A stretch of DNA of 64,000 bases from assembly GCA_050946275.1 (NCBI GenBank), contig JBMNUM010000005.1:34860-98859 (forward strand). Reading direction: 5' to 3'. The notes under the pieces are model-generated. The model did no database searches, was not told the origin of the DNA, and saw only the letters and a list, made by a program, of their open reading frames with translations. The first letter of the stretch is position 1; each line of letters starts with the position of its first letter. Below, piece by piece: positions 54,828 through 64,000 of this stretch. This DNA is from Coriobacteriales bacterium. GTDB taxonomy: Bacteria; Actinomycetota; Coriobacteriia; Coriobacteriales; CADBOM01. Position numbers and translations under genes: made by a program.

Positions 54828-57242
54828 CTACGCGTCGAGCTTGCGGATGTCGCATGCGCAGTCCCAGATGGTGTCCCATGCGCCCGCCATTGCCGAATAC
54901 GAAGCACCGCTTAGGATATAGCCTACGGCCCCGTCCTCCTGGGTGCATTGGTACCAGTACCGAGCCGCCTCGTCGAGCGTGTCGTTGTCTCCCAGCGGGA
55001 CGAGAAGCTCGGAGTACATGCCGGAATCCGCGCCCTCGTGCGCGTCGAATTGGCGCTTCCTCCAACCGAACCAGACCTGGATCGTCCCCGGCGGAATCGC
55101 CTGGTCGAGCCTCATCTCTATGATTACGTGGCCACGCTCGTTGTAGACCTCGCACCTGTCGCCGTCGACGATGCCCTCGGCCTGCGCGTCGACCGGGTTG
55201 ATGCGCCCGGTGGGCTTTCCGCCCGACAGCTCCGTCATCACCGGGTCGTCGGTGAATATGGACTGCATGAAGAAGCGCTGGCGTCCGCTGAAGAACTGGT
55301 ATTTGTGCTTGGCCGTTCCGTTCGCGAGCCTCGTCGTCGTCGGGACCTCGTAGGGCTCGTGGTAGGTCGCCATCGGCAGGCCCACGTTGTTCAGCCTCTC
55401 GGAGTAGAACTCCATGTGGCCCGTCTGGGTCGGGAATTTCATGCCGAAGAACGGGTCCCACGGGATGGGCGGCACGGCGGCGCGGATGATCTTCTCCTCT
55501 GCCAGCCGCTCGTAGGTCAGCGGCGGGTCGATGTTGGCGAGGAACGGCTGCGGCGAGTTGAGCCTCATCTTGATCCAGTCGGCCGCCACCATCGGGGTGC
55601 CGTCCTCCTTCTCGAAGTACTCCCCGTAGCCGAGGCGCTTGGCAAGGCCGCCGTAGATAAATGACGAGTCCTTGCACTCGCCCCTCGGCTCGATGGCGGG
55701 CTGCTGCAGCACCACGTGGTTGTACTGCGCTGCGGCGATGAGCTCCTCGCGCTCGAACGGCATGCAGGCCGGGAGCACGTAGTCCGAGTACTCGCCCGTG
55801 TCCGTCATCCATACGTCGACGTCGACTATGAGCTCCATGTTCGGGAACGTATCCTCGATCCAGCGGCTCCTGTTCGGGCAGTTGTGGACGGGATTTCCCG
55901 CAACCTTGATGAACCCCTTGTACTTGCCTTTCTTCGCGTCGTCGAAGAAGTCACCGTTCTTCACGAACACGGTCTTATCCGCCTCGCGGCCGTTCGGGAA
56001 GATGACCGACGGGTTGTTGAAGCCGAGCGGCCAGCCGCAGGGCTGGATCTCGGACGTGACGCCTCCCGCAGGATGACCCAGGTTGCCCGTCAGCATGCCA
56101 AGCAGGTAGAACGCGCGGTATGCGTCGCCCTGGTTCTGATAGCGGATGCCGAGCGCTCCGACGATGAAGGCGGGCCTATGCGACGAGTACTCCTCGCCGA
56201 GCTTGATAGCGTCTGCTGCGGGTACGCCGGTGATCGTCTCCTGGTACTCGGGTGTGTAAGGCTCGAGGTGCTCGATGAGCATCTGGAAAGCTGGCTTGTA
56301 CGTGCGGCCCTCCACTTCGTACGTTCCCTTGAAGGCCGGCGTGCCCTCGTACTCCTCCGCTCCGCGCGCGGTCGGCTTGATCTCGCCGGCGTCCTCGTCC
56401 CAGTAGTAGAACCAACCCTCGTTCTCGGCGAACTTGCCAGTCTCGACGTCGACGAGCAGCGGGGCGACAGTGTACTTCGTCATGAAAGGCCGGTCATACT
56501 CCTCGCGCTCCACGATCTGTCGTGCCATGCACAGCGCGAGCGCTGTGTCGGAGCCGGGCTTCACCGGGATGAACCAGTCGGCATAGCCCGCCGATGCATC
56601 GAACAGCAATCCAACATCGACGATCTTGGCGCCCCGCGACTTCGCCTCGACGATGTGCTTGGCTACTCGCTGCTGGTTCTCGACGGGATTGCCTCCCCAG
56701 ATGATGAGATACGTCGTCGCATCGAACTTCTTTGGGTCGATCATCATGTACTTGTAGAAATCGCCCAGATCGAAATACGAGGCGTAATACGGCCCGTTGT
56801 CGAGACCGTAGGCGTTCAACGGGTCGGTTCCTCCCCACAGGCCGCAGAGACGGTTCCCGAGCAGCGTGTCGAGTCCCTGCGAGGGCGGCAGCGATGTCGT
56901 GATGTTCCAGAACGCGATTGTCTCGGGACCGTGCTTCTCCTTGAGCTCAAGCATCTTGGCGCCGATCTCGTCGAGGGCCTGGTCCCAGCTGATCTTCTCC
57001 CATTTGCCCTCGCCGCGCTCGCCGGCGCGCTTGAGAGGATAGAGGAGGCGGTCCTCCGCGTAGACCTGTCTCCAGGACGCGATGCCCTTCTGACAGCAAT
57101 GACCCTCGCCAACTTCGTCACCGGTGTAGTCGACCGCTTCGGTACGCACGATCTTCCCGTCCTTAACGACGGTCTTGATCGCGCAGAACTCGTGGTCGCC
57201 CCAGCCGGGACAGGCGGTGCACACCCACTTCTCCTCCGACAT
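54828..57242 (-). CDS. molybdopterin (bis-MGD, DMSO-reductase-family) oxidoreductase catalytic subunit, cytoplasmic type
   Basis: 804 aa from the ATG at 57242 (AAGGAGAAGGGGG upstream). MopB layout. N-terminal Cys pattern C-x2-C-x8-C-x28-CC. No twin-arginine signal. Confidence 0.85.
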   Translation of the reverse strand: MSEEKWVCTACPGWGDHEFCAIKTVVKDGKIVRTEAVDYTGDEVGEGHCCQKGIASWRQVYAEDRLLYPLKRAGERGEGKWEKISWDQALDEIGAKMLELKEKHGPETIAFWNITTSLPPSQGLDTLLGNRLCGLWGGTDPLNAYGLDNGPYYASYFDLGDFYKYMMIDPKKFDATTYLIIWGGNPVENQQRVAKHIVEAKSRGAKIVDVGLLFDASAGYADWFIPVKPGSDTALALCMARQIVEREEYDRPFMTKYTVAPLLVDVETGKFAENEGWFYYWDEDAGEIKPTARGAEEYEGTPAFKGTYEVEGRTYKPAFQMLIEHLEPYTPEYQETITGVPAADAIKLGEEYSSHRPAFIVGALGIRYQNQGDAYRAFYLLGMLTGNLGHPAGGVTSEIQPCGWPLGFNNPSVIFPNGREADKTVFVKNGDFFDDAKKGKYKGFIKVAGNPVHNCPNRSRWIEDTFPNMELIVDVDVWMTDTGEYSDYVLPACMPFEREELIAAAQYNHVVLQQPAIEPRGECKDSSFIYGGLAKRLGYGEYFEKEDGTPMVAADWIKMRLNSPQPFLANIDPPLTYERLAEEKIIRAAVPPIPWDPFFGMKFPTQTGHMEFYSERLNNVGLPMATYHEPYEVPTTTRLANGTAKHKYQFFSGRQRFFMQSIFTDDPVMTELSGGKPTGRINPVDAQAEGIVDGDRCEVYNERGHVIIEMRLDQAIPPGTIQVWFGWRKRQFDAHEGADSGMYSELLVPLGDNDTLDEAARYWYQCTQEDGAVGYILSGASYSAMAGAWDTIWDCACDIRKLDA

Positions 57243-57408
57243 GGATTCCCCCTTCTCCTTCGGATTCACGCGCGCATCTCCGTGCGCGCGGTTTCACGCT
57301 CCAGTGTATACCGCTTTGCTGCATGCATTTGATGTCAGCCTGGCATACATGCGAATTACGTCCAGCTTGATAGGAAGGTGGGTCCTTTCTTGATTTGGGA
57401 TTTGCCCA

Positions 57409-60400
57409 TCACCTGTTGATGTCCGTTAAATTGAACCTCGGTATGCGCCTGAGGGAAATGGTGCTCATGATGAACGAGAGCACGCCGCTGACGATGACGC
57501 CGGCGATAACGGCTCTCCAGTCGATTCCACGGAAGAACACCGCTGTCGATGGCTCGACGGATGCGACGGTGACCGAGCCCATGATGCAACCGATAACCAA
57601 CCCTACCACGATGCCAATGACGGTGAGCACGATCGTGTCGTTCGAGATGTAGCGTTTGGCTTGCTTCACTGTATAGCCGTTGATCATGAGCACGATGAGC
57701 TCGCGCTTCTTCTCGTCGATGAACATGAAGTTCAGGTTGAGCAACACGACGATCGACATGAGCAAGGCGAGCACGAGGTAGATGATCACGACGGCGCTCG
57801 AGATGCTCGAGAACGAGTCGAAGTTCTCACGATTGACGGACTGGTCGTCTTTGAGTTTGTGTAAGCCCTCGACCCCGGTGAGCGCTTCGGCCAACTCGTC
57901 GACGCTCTTATCGCACGTGTTGACGAGGAGCTGGTTTGCCACGGGATCCTCGCCGAGCAGGCGCTTGTAGGCGGCATTTCCCATCACCGCCTCGCTCGAC
58001 GGCAGGTAGTACTTGTAGAAACCGAGGATGGGAAGTTCGTGGCTATCGCCTTCGACGTCCTCGACCGTGAGCACATCGCCTATCTCGGCTCCCTTGTGGA
58101 ACGCATAGGCTCTCGTCACCCATACGCCGTCTTGGGACAGGTCCACTGTCTCGTCTCCAATAGGCGAGATGCGGTAAAACGTGTCGAGCGAGCCCTCGTC
58201 GACCGGCGCGATGACCGTGAGCGGTGATTTGCTCCCGTCCTCGAGCTGAGCCGAGAAGCTTTCGCGGGCGACGGCGACATGCGGGCACCCCTGCTCGTCG
58301 AGTGCGGCGGCTATATTGTCCAACGCACCATCGACATCCGGGTCGCTATAGGCGATTGCATTGTATCCGTAGACGTCGTCATACTGCAGGTCGTAGCTCT
58401 TCATGACGTTGTCGTTGAGCGTGATCGCGGTGACGACCAGCGCCGTGCACCCCGCTACCCCGACAAGCGTGCTGAAGACGCGCCGCTTGTCGTTCAGGCA
58501 GTTGCTGACCATGGTCTGGGTGAAGAGCGGGAGGCGGTTCCAGAGCCCCCACTTCTCGAAGAACCTCTCCTTGCCCGTCGGCGGCTCTTCCCCTCGCAGC
58601 AGGTCGACTGCGTTGCGGCGCAGGATCGACCGGCAGGCGAACCAGGTCGTCAGCAGGACGAGCATGATCTCGATGGCGGCGGAAAGCGCGAATATCCCGA
58701 CGCTGAAGTGAGATGCGATCGTGCCGATGGTGAACTGCTTCGCGAAGGCATCGCCGATGATCGGTTGGACGACGAAGATGCTCACGAGGAGCCCGAGGAT
58801 GATGCCGGCAATGACGGCCATACCCGCGTACAAGAGGAAGCTCCTCGTGATCTCGTGAGAATGCAGGCCGAGCGCCTTCTTGGTTCCAATCTGCGTGATC
58901 TGCTCGCGGACGAGTCGGCCCAGTGCCGAATAACTCACGAGCAGGCCGACGATGAGGAACAGGGCTGCCATGGAGAAGCTCAGTTGGTTGGTTATCTCGG
59001 AAAGCTGCTCGACCTGCAGGACGCCCCCGTTATCCGAACGTGCGGAGACGGACCATCCATACTCTCGCATGTCGTCGAGCTTCTTGCGGGCTCGGTCCAG
59101 CGAGGCTGCATGCTTGTCGGCCTCGCGTTCGGCATTCTCGAGCTCCGTCTCCCTCTGCGGGATCTCGCGTTCGGCGGTGGCTATCTGAGAGCGTGCGTAG
59201 GTCAGCTGGCTTTCCTTGTTCGCTATCGTGTTGCGAGCCGATTGGAGCTCGGCCTCCTTGGCGGCGATTTCCTTGCGCGCCGTGGCCGTCTCGGCGTCGT
59301 AGGCGCTCTTTGCCTTCTTGTATTCCTTGGTCGCTTCGTCGAGTTCGGTCTTCGCCTCGGCGAGCATCGCCTCGTATTGCGGGATGAGCGCCTCGGCTTG
59401 GGCGATCTCCTCATCGGTCAGCTCTCCCGCAGCCAGCATCTCCTCGTATTGCTTCTTCCCGTCGGCGAGATCCGCGGCGTTCTCGTCGTATTCCTTCTGC
59501 TTCGCGTCGAGCTCCTTCTTGGCGGCATCGAGCTTCTTCTTCGTCGCCGCGCTCTCGGTATCGAGCTTCTTCTTGGCGGCGGCAAGCTTGTCCTCTCCAT
59601 CCGCAAGCTGCTTCCTCGCGCTTGCAAGCTGAGATTCGCCGGTGGCGACTTGCGATCGCATTGATGCCAGCTGGCTCTTCGCGTTCGCTATCTCCTGCTT
59701 GCCGTTCTCGATCTCGGCCCGAGCATCGTCGAGTTCTTTCTGACCGTCCGCAATCTTCTTCTCGGCATCGGCATGGAGTGCGTCGAAGCGCTTCTTGGAA
59801 AGCGTTTCGCCGAGCTCGGTGATTCGTGATTCAATAGCCGAAGATTCTTCCTCGTACCGAGCTCCGAGCGTCAAGTCTCCCCGTAGCGAGGAAGACGATA
59901 CGTTGACCAGGTTGTATCCCTCGTTGAACGATTCCGCATCGAATGCGTCGGGAATGGCCCAGGCGATGGCATCGACAGCTCCAGTCGGCATGGGCGACAG
60001 GCCGTACGTCTTCGGATCGACGGCTATGTATTCGGGGCTCTTCACCAAGCCGCATACCTTGAAGCTCGCCGTGGTGAGGTTCGCCATCCCGTCTTCGTCT
60101 ACCTCGTCTTCCGACTGGTCGGCATCATGGTCGAATGCAATGGTATCCCCTAGCTTGATCCCGAGCTCGCGCGCAGCCTCCTCGAGGATGACTATCTCGC
60201 CGGGCTTCGACGGCAGGACACCCTCAACCGGCTCGAGACCGTCTATCCCCTTGCCAATCGACTGCAACCTCACGGTGCAGGCTCTCGAGTCGACCTCGGT
60301 CGTCTGATAGCTGAAGTATCCCCCCTCGACGGCATCGACACCCTCGATTCCGCGAACTTCGTCGAGGTCGCTTTCGGTGAGGCCGTAGGGGAATTGAATC

Positions 60401-60582
60401 TGGAAGTCGTGGAATGACTGCGCCTCGTAAACATGCTCCGCGGATTTCTGGAGTGCGTGGCCAGACCAGTATATGCCCTGGAAGACGCCGACGCCGAGGG
60501 CGATGAACATCACGATGGAGAAGAACGACACGAACGTCTTCCTGATTGTTGCGAGCAGCTCTATGAGTTGCGTCTTCTTCAT
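57409..60582 (-). CDS. ABC transporter permease with two FtsX modules and a long coiled-coil insertion
   Basis: 1057 aa. FtsX-type modules at GTKKALGLHSHEITRSF... and LIVLMINGYTVKQAKRYI... Residues ~245-507 are heptad-like Ala/Lys/Glu/Gln-rich coiled coil. Confidence 0.85.
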   Translation of the reverse strand: MKKTQLIELLATIRKTFVSFFSIVMFIALGVGVFQGIYWSGHALQKSAEHVYEAQSFHDFQIQFPYGLTESDLDEVRGIEGVDAVEGGYFSYQTTEVDSRACTVRLQSIGKGIDGLEPVEGVLPSKPGEIVILEEAARELGIKLGDTIAFDHDADQSEDEVDEDGMANLTTASFKVCGLVKSPEYIAVDPKTYGLSPMPTGAVDAIAWAIPDAFDAESFNEGYNLVNVSSSSLRGDLTLGARYEEESSAIESRITELGETLSKKRFDALHADAEKKIADGQKELDDARAEIENGKQEIANAKSQLASMRSQVATGESQLASARKQLADGEDKLAAAKKKLDTESAATKKKLDAAKKELDAKQKEYDENAADLADGKKQYEEMLAAGELTDEEIAQAEALIPQYEAMLAEAKTELDEATKEYKKAKSAYDAETATARKEIAAKEAELQSARNTIANKESQLTYARSQIATAEREIPQRETELENAEREADKHAASLDRARKKLDDMREYGWSVSARSDNGGVLQVEQLSEITNQLSFSMAALFLIVGLLVSYSALGRLVREQITQIGTKKALGLHSHEITRSFLLYAGMAVIAGIILGLLVSIFVVQPIIGDAFAKQFTIGTIASHFSVGIFALSAAIEIMLVLLTTWFACRSILRRNAVDLLRGEEPPTGKERFFEKWGLWNRLPLFTQTMVSNCLNDKRRVFSTLVGVAGCTALVVTAITLNDNVMKSYDLQYDDVYGYNAIAYSDPDVDGALDNIAAALDEQGCPHVAVARESFSAQLEDGSKSPLTVIAPVDEGSLDTFYRISPIGDETVDLSQDGVWVTRAYAFHKGAEIGDVLTVEDVEGDSHELPILGFYKYYLPSSEAVMGNAAYKRLLGEDPVANQLLVNTCDKSVDELAEALTGVEGLHKLKDDQSVNRENFDSFSSISSAVVIIYLVLALLMSIVVLLNLNFMFIDEKKRELIVLMINGYTVKQAKRYISNDTIVLTVIGIVVGLVIGCIMGSVTVASVEPSTAVFFRGIDWRAVIAGVIVSGVLSFIMSTISLRRIPRFNLTDINR

Positions 60583-60639
60583 TCATCCACCCTGATGGCC
60601 AGCGGAACCATTGACGAAGATCTCCATAGGTTTTCTATT

Positions 60640-63282
60640 CTAGAGCTTATTGATGTCCCTGAGGTCGAACCGCGGTATTCTCCGCAGCGCGATCGTGCTC
60701 ATTATGACGGAGAGAACCGCGCTCGTCGCAGCCCCGGCACCGACGGCGAGCCAGTCGATGCCCTTGTAGAAGGACGTCGTGTCGAGCTCGACTGCCGAGA
60801 CGGTGGCGGAGCCCATGATGCATCCTATGACGAGCCCGATGACGATGCCGATGACGGTGAGAACGATCGTGTCGTTGTAGATGTAGCGCTTCGCCTGACG
60901 AGTCGTGAATCCGTTGATCATGAGAATGGTGAGCTCGCGCTTCTTCTCGGTTATGAACATGACGTTGAGGTTGAGGAGCACGACGATGGACATGAGCACC
61001 GATAGAACGAGATAGATGAGCACGACGGCTCTCGAGATGTTCGCGAAGCTCCTGAAATTGTTGCTCTGCCCGCGCTTGTCGTTCTCGAGGCTCTCGAAGC
61101 CCGGTGTGCCGGATAGCTCGCCTGCGACCTCCTGGACGCTTGCTTCTCCCGTGTCGACGAGAATCGCATTCGCGATGGGAGCCTTGCCGAAAGCCTTCGC
61201 GTACGCGTTGCGTCCGATGACGGCGTCGTATTGCAGGAGGTGGTACTCGTGGAATCCCGTGATGACGAGCTCCGCCTCACCCGTTCCGCTGCTAACGGTG
61301 AGCTTGTCGCCCGGTTTGGCTCCCATATGGCGCGCGTATGCCTCCGAGACCCATACGCCGTCGTCGAGGGGGATGTCCCCCTGACCCGATACGGTGTGCA
61401 GGTGGTAGAGATTCTCGAACGAGTCGTCCATGGGGACCACCAATCGGACGATGCCCAGACGATTGCCGGGCAGTTGCAGCGAGAGGCGCTGGCGCCTCAC
61501 CTGAGCCGTTGCGCAGTCGTTGTCCCGCAGCGCATCCTCGACATTCTCGAGGGAGTCTGCGTCCGATGCCGTGGCGATGGCGTTGTACGAGAACACATTG
61601 TCGTAATGCACGTCGTAGCTACGCATCACATCGTCGTTCAGGGTCAGCGCCGTCACGACCAGCGCGGTGCATCCTGCGACACCGACTATGGTGCTGAACA
61701 TCCTCCGCTTGTCGTTCAGGCAGTTGTTGACGATGGTCTGGGTGTAGAGCGGCAGCTTCTCCCAAATGCCCCACCGCTCGAAGAAGCGCTGTTTGCCCGA
61801 CGGCGGCTTCTCTCCCCGGAGGAGCTCAACCGCATGCTGCTTGAGGACAGATCGGCATGCGAGCCATGTGGCTCCCAAGACGAGGACGAGCTCGATCGCC
61901 GTCACGATCAGGGCCGAGGGCACACCGAAATACGGTGGATACGATCCGAGGTTGAAGCGGTTGGCGAATACGTGCGCGACGACGCCCTCGACGTCGAACG
62001 TGCCCATCACAAGGCCTACGATGGCGCCGGCGATCGTGGCGAATCCGGCGTACCACAGGAAGCTCCTGGTAATCTCCGCCGACCGGAATCCAAGCGCTTT
62101 CTTAGTCCCGATCTGGGATACCTGCTCGTGGACGATCCGGCTCACGGCCGAATAGCTCACGAGCAGGCCGACGACCACGAAGAGCAGCGCCATCGAGTAG
62201 CAGAGCCTGTTCGTCACACCGCTGAGGGTCATCGCCTCTGCCACGGAGCCGTTGTAGGTGCGAGGGGAAACCATCCAATCGTAGTTCTCGGAAGATGCCA
62301 CCTTCGACTCGGCTGTTCCGAGGGCTATGCTTCCCTGCGTGGATCCAAGACGCAGCTGTCCCAAGGTGAAGGTCATCCCGTTGAAGGAAACCGTCTCGCT
62401 GTCGGGTTCGCCTTCTTTCTCATCGAGGAACGCCTGGAGGTCCGCGAGGCCCTCCTCGGTTTGCCCGAAGATGAAGGAGGCCTGGCTTCTGAGGTTCTCA
62501 TAACGCTCATCGGCCATCGGCACACCGACTTCCGCTATACGGTCCCTCAGGGCGAATGAAGCCTCCTCGTAGCGTTTCGAGAACGTGCTGAGTCCTCGGA
62601 GGTCATTCGATCGGATGTTGATGGTCGTATAGGCTTCGAGGTACGCGGCGCCCGTGAAGGCCTTCGGAGAGACCCATGCAAGCGTGTCGGCCGATTGCCC
62701 GGCCGCGGAGAAGCCGAATGTCTGAGAGGATCGCGCGGTGAATTCCGGGCTCTCGAGGAGGCCGGTTACCACGAACGTATCCGAATACGTCTGGCCGATG
62801 CCCCCGCCGATCTTACTGCCATCGTCCCTCTCGAACTCTATCGTATCGCCAACGGATATGCCGAGGTTGCGGGCCGAGGTCGACTTGAGGGCGATCTCGT
62901 CGTCTTCCGCCGGCAACGAGCCCTCGACGATGGTCGGGACGTCTATGCGCTCCCCCACCATTTGCAGGCGCATGCGGTATTCCTCGCCGTCGACGACGAG
63001 CGTTCGGACGCTTTGCCTCGCGGCCTCGAGGTCGCTGACTCCGTCGAGCGAGGCGAGCGCGTCTATGTTCTCGTCGGTGAGGCCATACGGGTACTGAATC
63101 TGGATATCGTGAAGTGCTCCCTGCTCGTGCACCTTGTCGACTTCGGCCTCGAGCGCCGTTCCAGACCACATGATGCCGGTGAATACACCGATGCCGAGCG
63201 CCACGAACATAGCGATCGAGAAGAACGAGACGAACGTCTTCCGGATGTTGGCGAAGAGCTCGGTGGCCTGCGTCGGCTGCAC
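60640..63282 (-). CDS. ABC transporter permease with two FtsX modules (paralog without coiled coil)
   Basis: 880 aa. GTKKALGFRSAEITRSF... and LTILMINGFTTRQAKRYI... The N-terminus is near-identical in pattern to the downstream paralog. Confidence 0.85.
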   Translation of the reverse strand: MQPTQATELFANIRKTFVSFFSIAMFVALGIGVFTGIMWSGTALEAEVDKVHEQGALHDIQIQYPYGLTDENIDALASLDGVSDLEAARQSVRTLVVDGEEYRMRLQMVGERIDVPTIVEGSLPAEDDEIALKSTSARNLGISVGDTIEFERDDGSKIGGGIGQTYSDTFVVTGLLESPEFTARSSQTFGFSAAGQSADTLAWVSPKAFTGAAYLEAYTTINIRSNDLRGLSTFSKRYEEASFALRDRIAEVGVPMADERYENLRSQASFIFGQTEEGLADLQAFLDEKEGEPDSETVSFNGMTFTLGQLRLGSTQGSIALGTAESKVASSENYDWMVSPRTYNGSVAEAMTLSGVTNRLCYSMALLFVVVGLLVSYSAVSRIVHEQVSQIGTKKALGFRSAEITRSFLWYAGFATIAGAIVGLVMGTFDVEGVVAHVFANRFNLGSYPPYFGVPSALIVTAIELVLVLGATWLACRSVLKQHAVELLRGEKPPSGKQRFFERWGIWEKLPLYTQTIVNNCLNDKRRMFSTIVGVAGCTALVVTALTLNDDVMRSYDVHYDNVFSYNAIATASDADSLENVEDALRDNDCATAQVRRQRLSLQLPGNRLGIVRLVVPMDDSFENLYHLHTVSGQGDIPLDDGVWVSEAYARHMGAKPGDKLTVSSGTGEAELVITGFHEYHLLQYDAVIGRNAYAKAFGKAPIANAILVDTGEASVQEVAGELSGTPGFESLENDKRGQSNNFRSFANISRAVVLIYLVLSVLMSIVVLLNLNVMFITEKKRELTILMINGFTTRQAKRYIYNDTIVLTVIGIVIGLVIGCIMGSATVSAVELDTTSFYKGIDWLAVGAGAATSAVLSVIMSTIALRRIPRFDLRDINKL

Positions 63283-63291
63283 TGACCGGCC

Positions 63292-63981
63292 CTACCAGAC
63301 CAGGTCGGTGGCTTTGGCGGGATGTCGGTTGATCGTCACCTCGTGCATGCGGCCATTGCGCATGCGGACGACGCGGTCGGCCATGCGGGTTATCTCCTCG
63401 TTGTGGGTGACCATCACCAGAGTGGTCCCGGTCTTGACGACCTCCTCCATCACCTGGAGCACCTCGATGGCCGTCGCGTAGTCGAGGGCCGCCGTGGGCT
63501 CATCGGCGAGGATGATCTTCGGGTTCTTGACGAGTGCGCGGGCGATGGAGACGCGCTGCTGCTGTCCGCCCGAGAGCTGCGAGGGATAGTTCTTCTTGCG
63601 ATCGTCGAGGCCGACGATGCCGAGGGCTTCCTCAGCGTCCATTGGCGCATCGACGAGCTCGGCGATGAGCTTGAGGTTCTGCACGGCATTGAGGTTGGGC
63701 ATGAGGTTATAGCTTTGGAAGATGAACCCGACGTTGTCGCGCCGGAAGTCGGTGAGCTCCTTTTGCGATGCCTCGCTCATCTCCGTCCCCATGTAAGTGA
63801 ACGAACCCGATGTGGGCTGGTCCATGCCCCCGATGATGTTCAAGAGCGTTGATTTACCGCAACCGCTCTCTCCGAGCAGCACGAGGAACTCCCCTTCGTA
63901 AACGTCCAGGTTCACGCCCTTGAGAACCTTCGTGGCGATCTCGCCGTTTTGGAATTCGCGTGTTATGCCGCGCAGCGACAT
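63292..63981 (-). CDS. ABC transporter ATP-binding protein (MacB/LolD-type)
   Basis: Walker [10 protein letters not shown], signature LSGGQQQR, Walker B ILADEPT. GGGGGAG precedes the ATG. Confidence 0.92.
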   Translation of the reverse strand: MSLRGITREFQNGEIATKVLKGVNLDVYEGEFLVLLGESGCGKSTLLNIIGGMDQPTSGSFTYMGTEMSEASQKELTDFRRDNVGFIFQSYNLMPNLNAVQNLKLIAELVDAPMDAEEALGIVGLDDRKKNYPSQLSGGQQQRVSIARALVKNPKIILADEPTAALDYATAIEVLQVMEEVVKTGTTLVMVTHNEEITRMADRVVRMRNGRMHEVTINRHPAKATDLVW

Positions 63982-64000
63982 GACGATCTCCCCCGGCTGC

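Overview
GC-rich, gene-dense chromosomal window from a Gram-positive-type anaerobe. RNase Y, SpoVS, DegV, FixABCX and several cytoplasmic molybdopterin enzymes suggest a Coriobacteriia/Eggerthellaceae-like organism, but this is inference only. Most of the window is housekeeping: cell-wall amidase, hisE, rny, spoVS, miaB-miaA, hflX-dut, degV, a marR/hsp20 pair, leuS, guaB, hom, lysA and argS. Between these lie accessory redox and transport blocks. The first is a minus-strand run of fixX-fixC-etfA-etfB, a soluble FAD reductase, an SDR, an aldo/keto reductase with a 4Fe-4S domain and a macro-domain protein, sitting next to a divergent cytoplasmic bis-MGD-type molybdoenzyme with a small Fe-S subunit. 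The second is another such molybdoenzyme pair with a beta-carbonic anhydrase and a Mop (molbindin) protein. The third is an ABC system with one ATPase and two very large tandem double-FtsX permeases, one of which carries a ~260-residue coiled-coil insertion. Also present are purine, NhaC, MFS, ClC and K+ channel transport genes. No rRNA, tRNA, CRISPR array or intact transposase/integrase was recognised. The observations most worth follow-up are these. (1) The dut gene is a duplicated two-domain dUTPase whose catalytic motifs are split 3 / 1-2-4-5 between the halves, the arrangement known from monomeric herpesvirus dUTPases. (2) A short-repeat family with core CAAACCCGCATT fills two otherwise ORF-free intergenic islands, and in one of them forms a 63-bp tandem hairpin array. 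(3) Two near-perfect LexA/Cheo-type boxes lie in a 1.4-kb gap with no convincing gene. (4) A 171-bp element carries perfect 31-bp terminal inverted repeats. (5) The two signal-less Mo-enzyme loci have no assignable substrate. (6) The ABC system has an unusual architecture. Many long ORFs in the six-frame track are alternative-frame artefacts of the high GC content and were not called.
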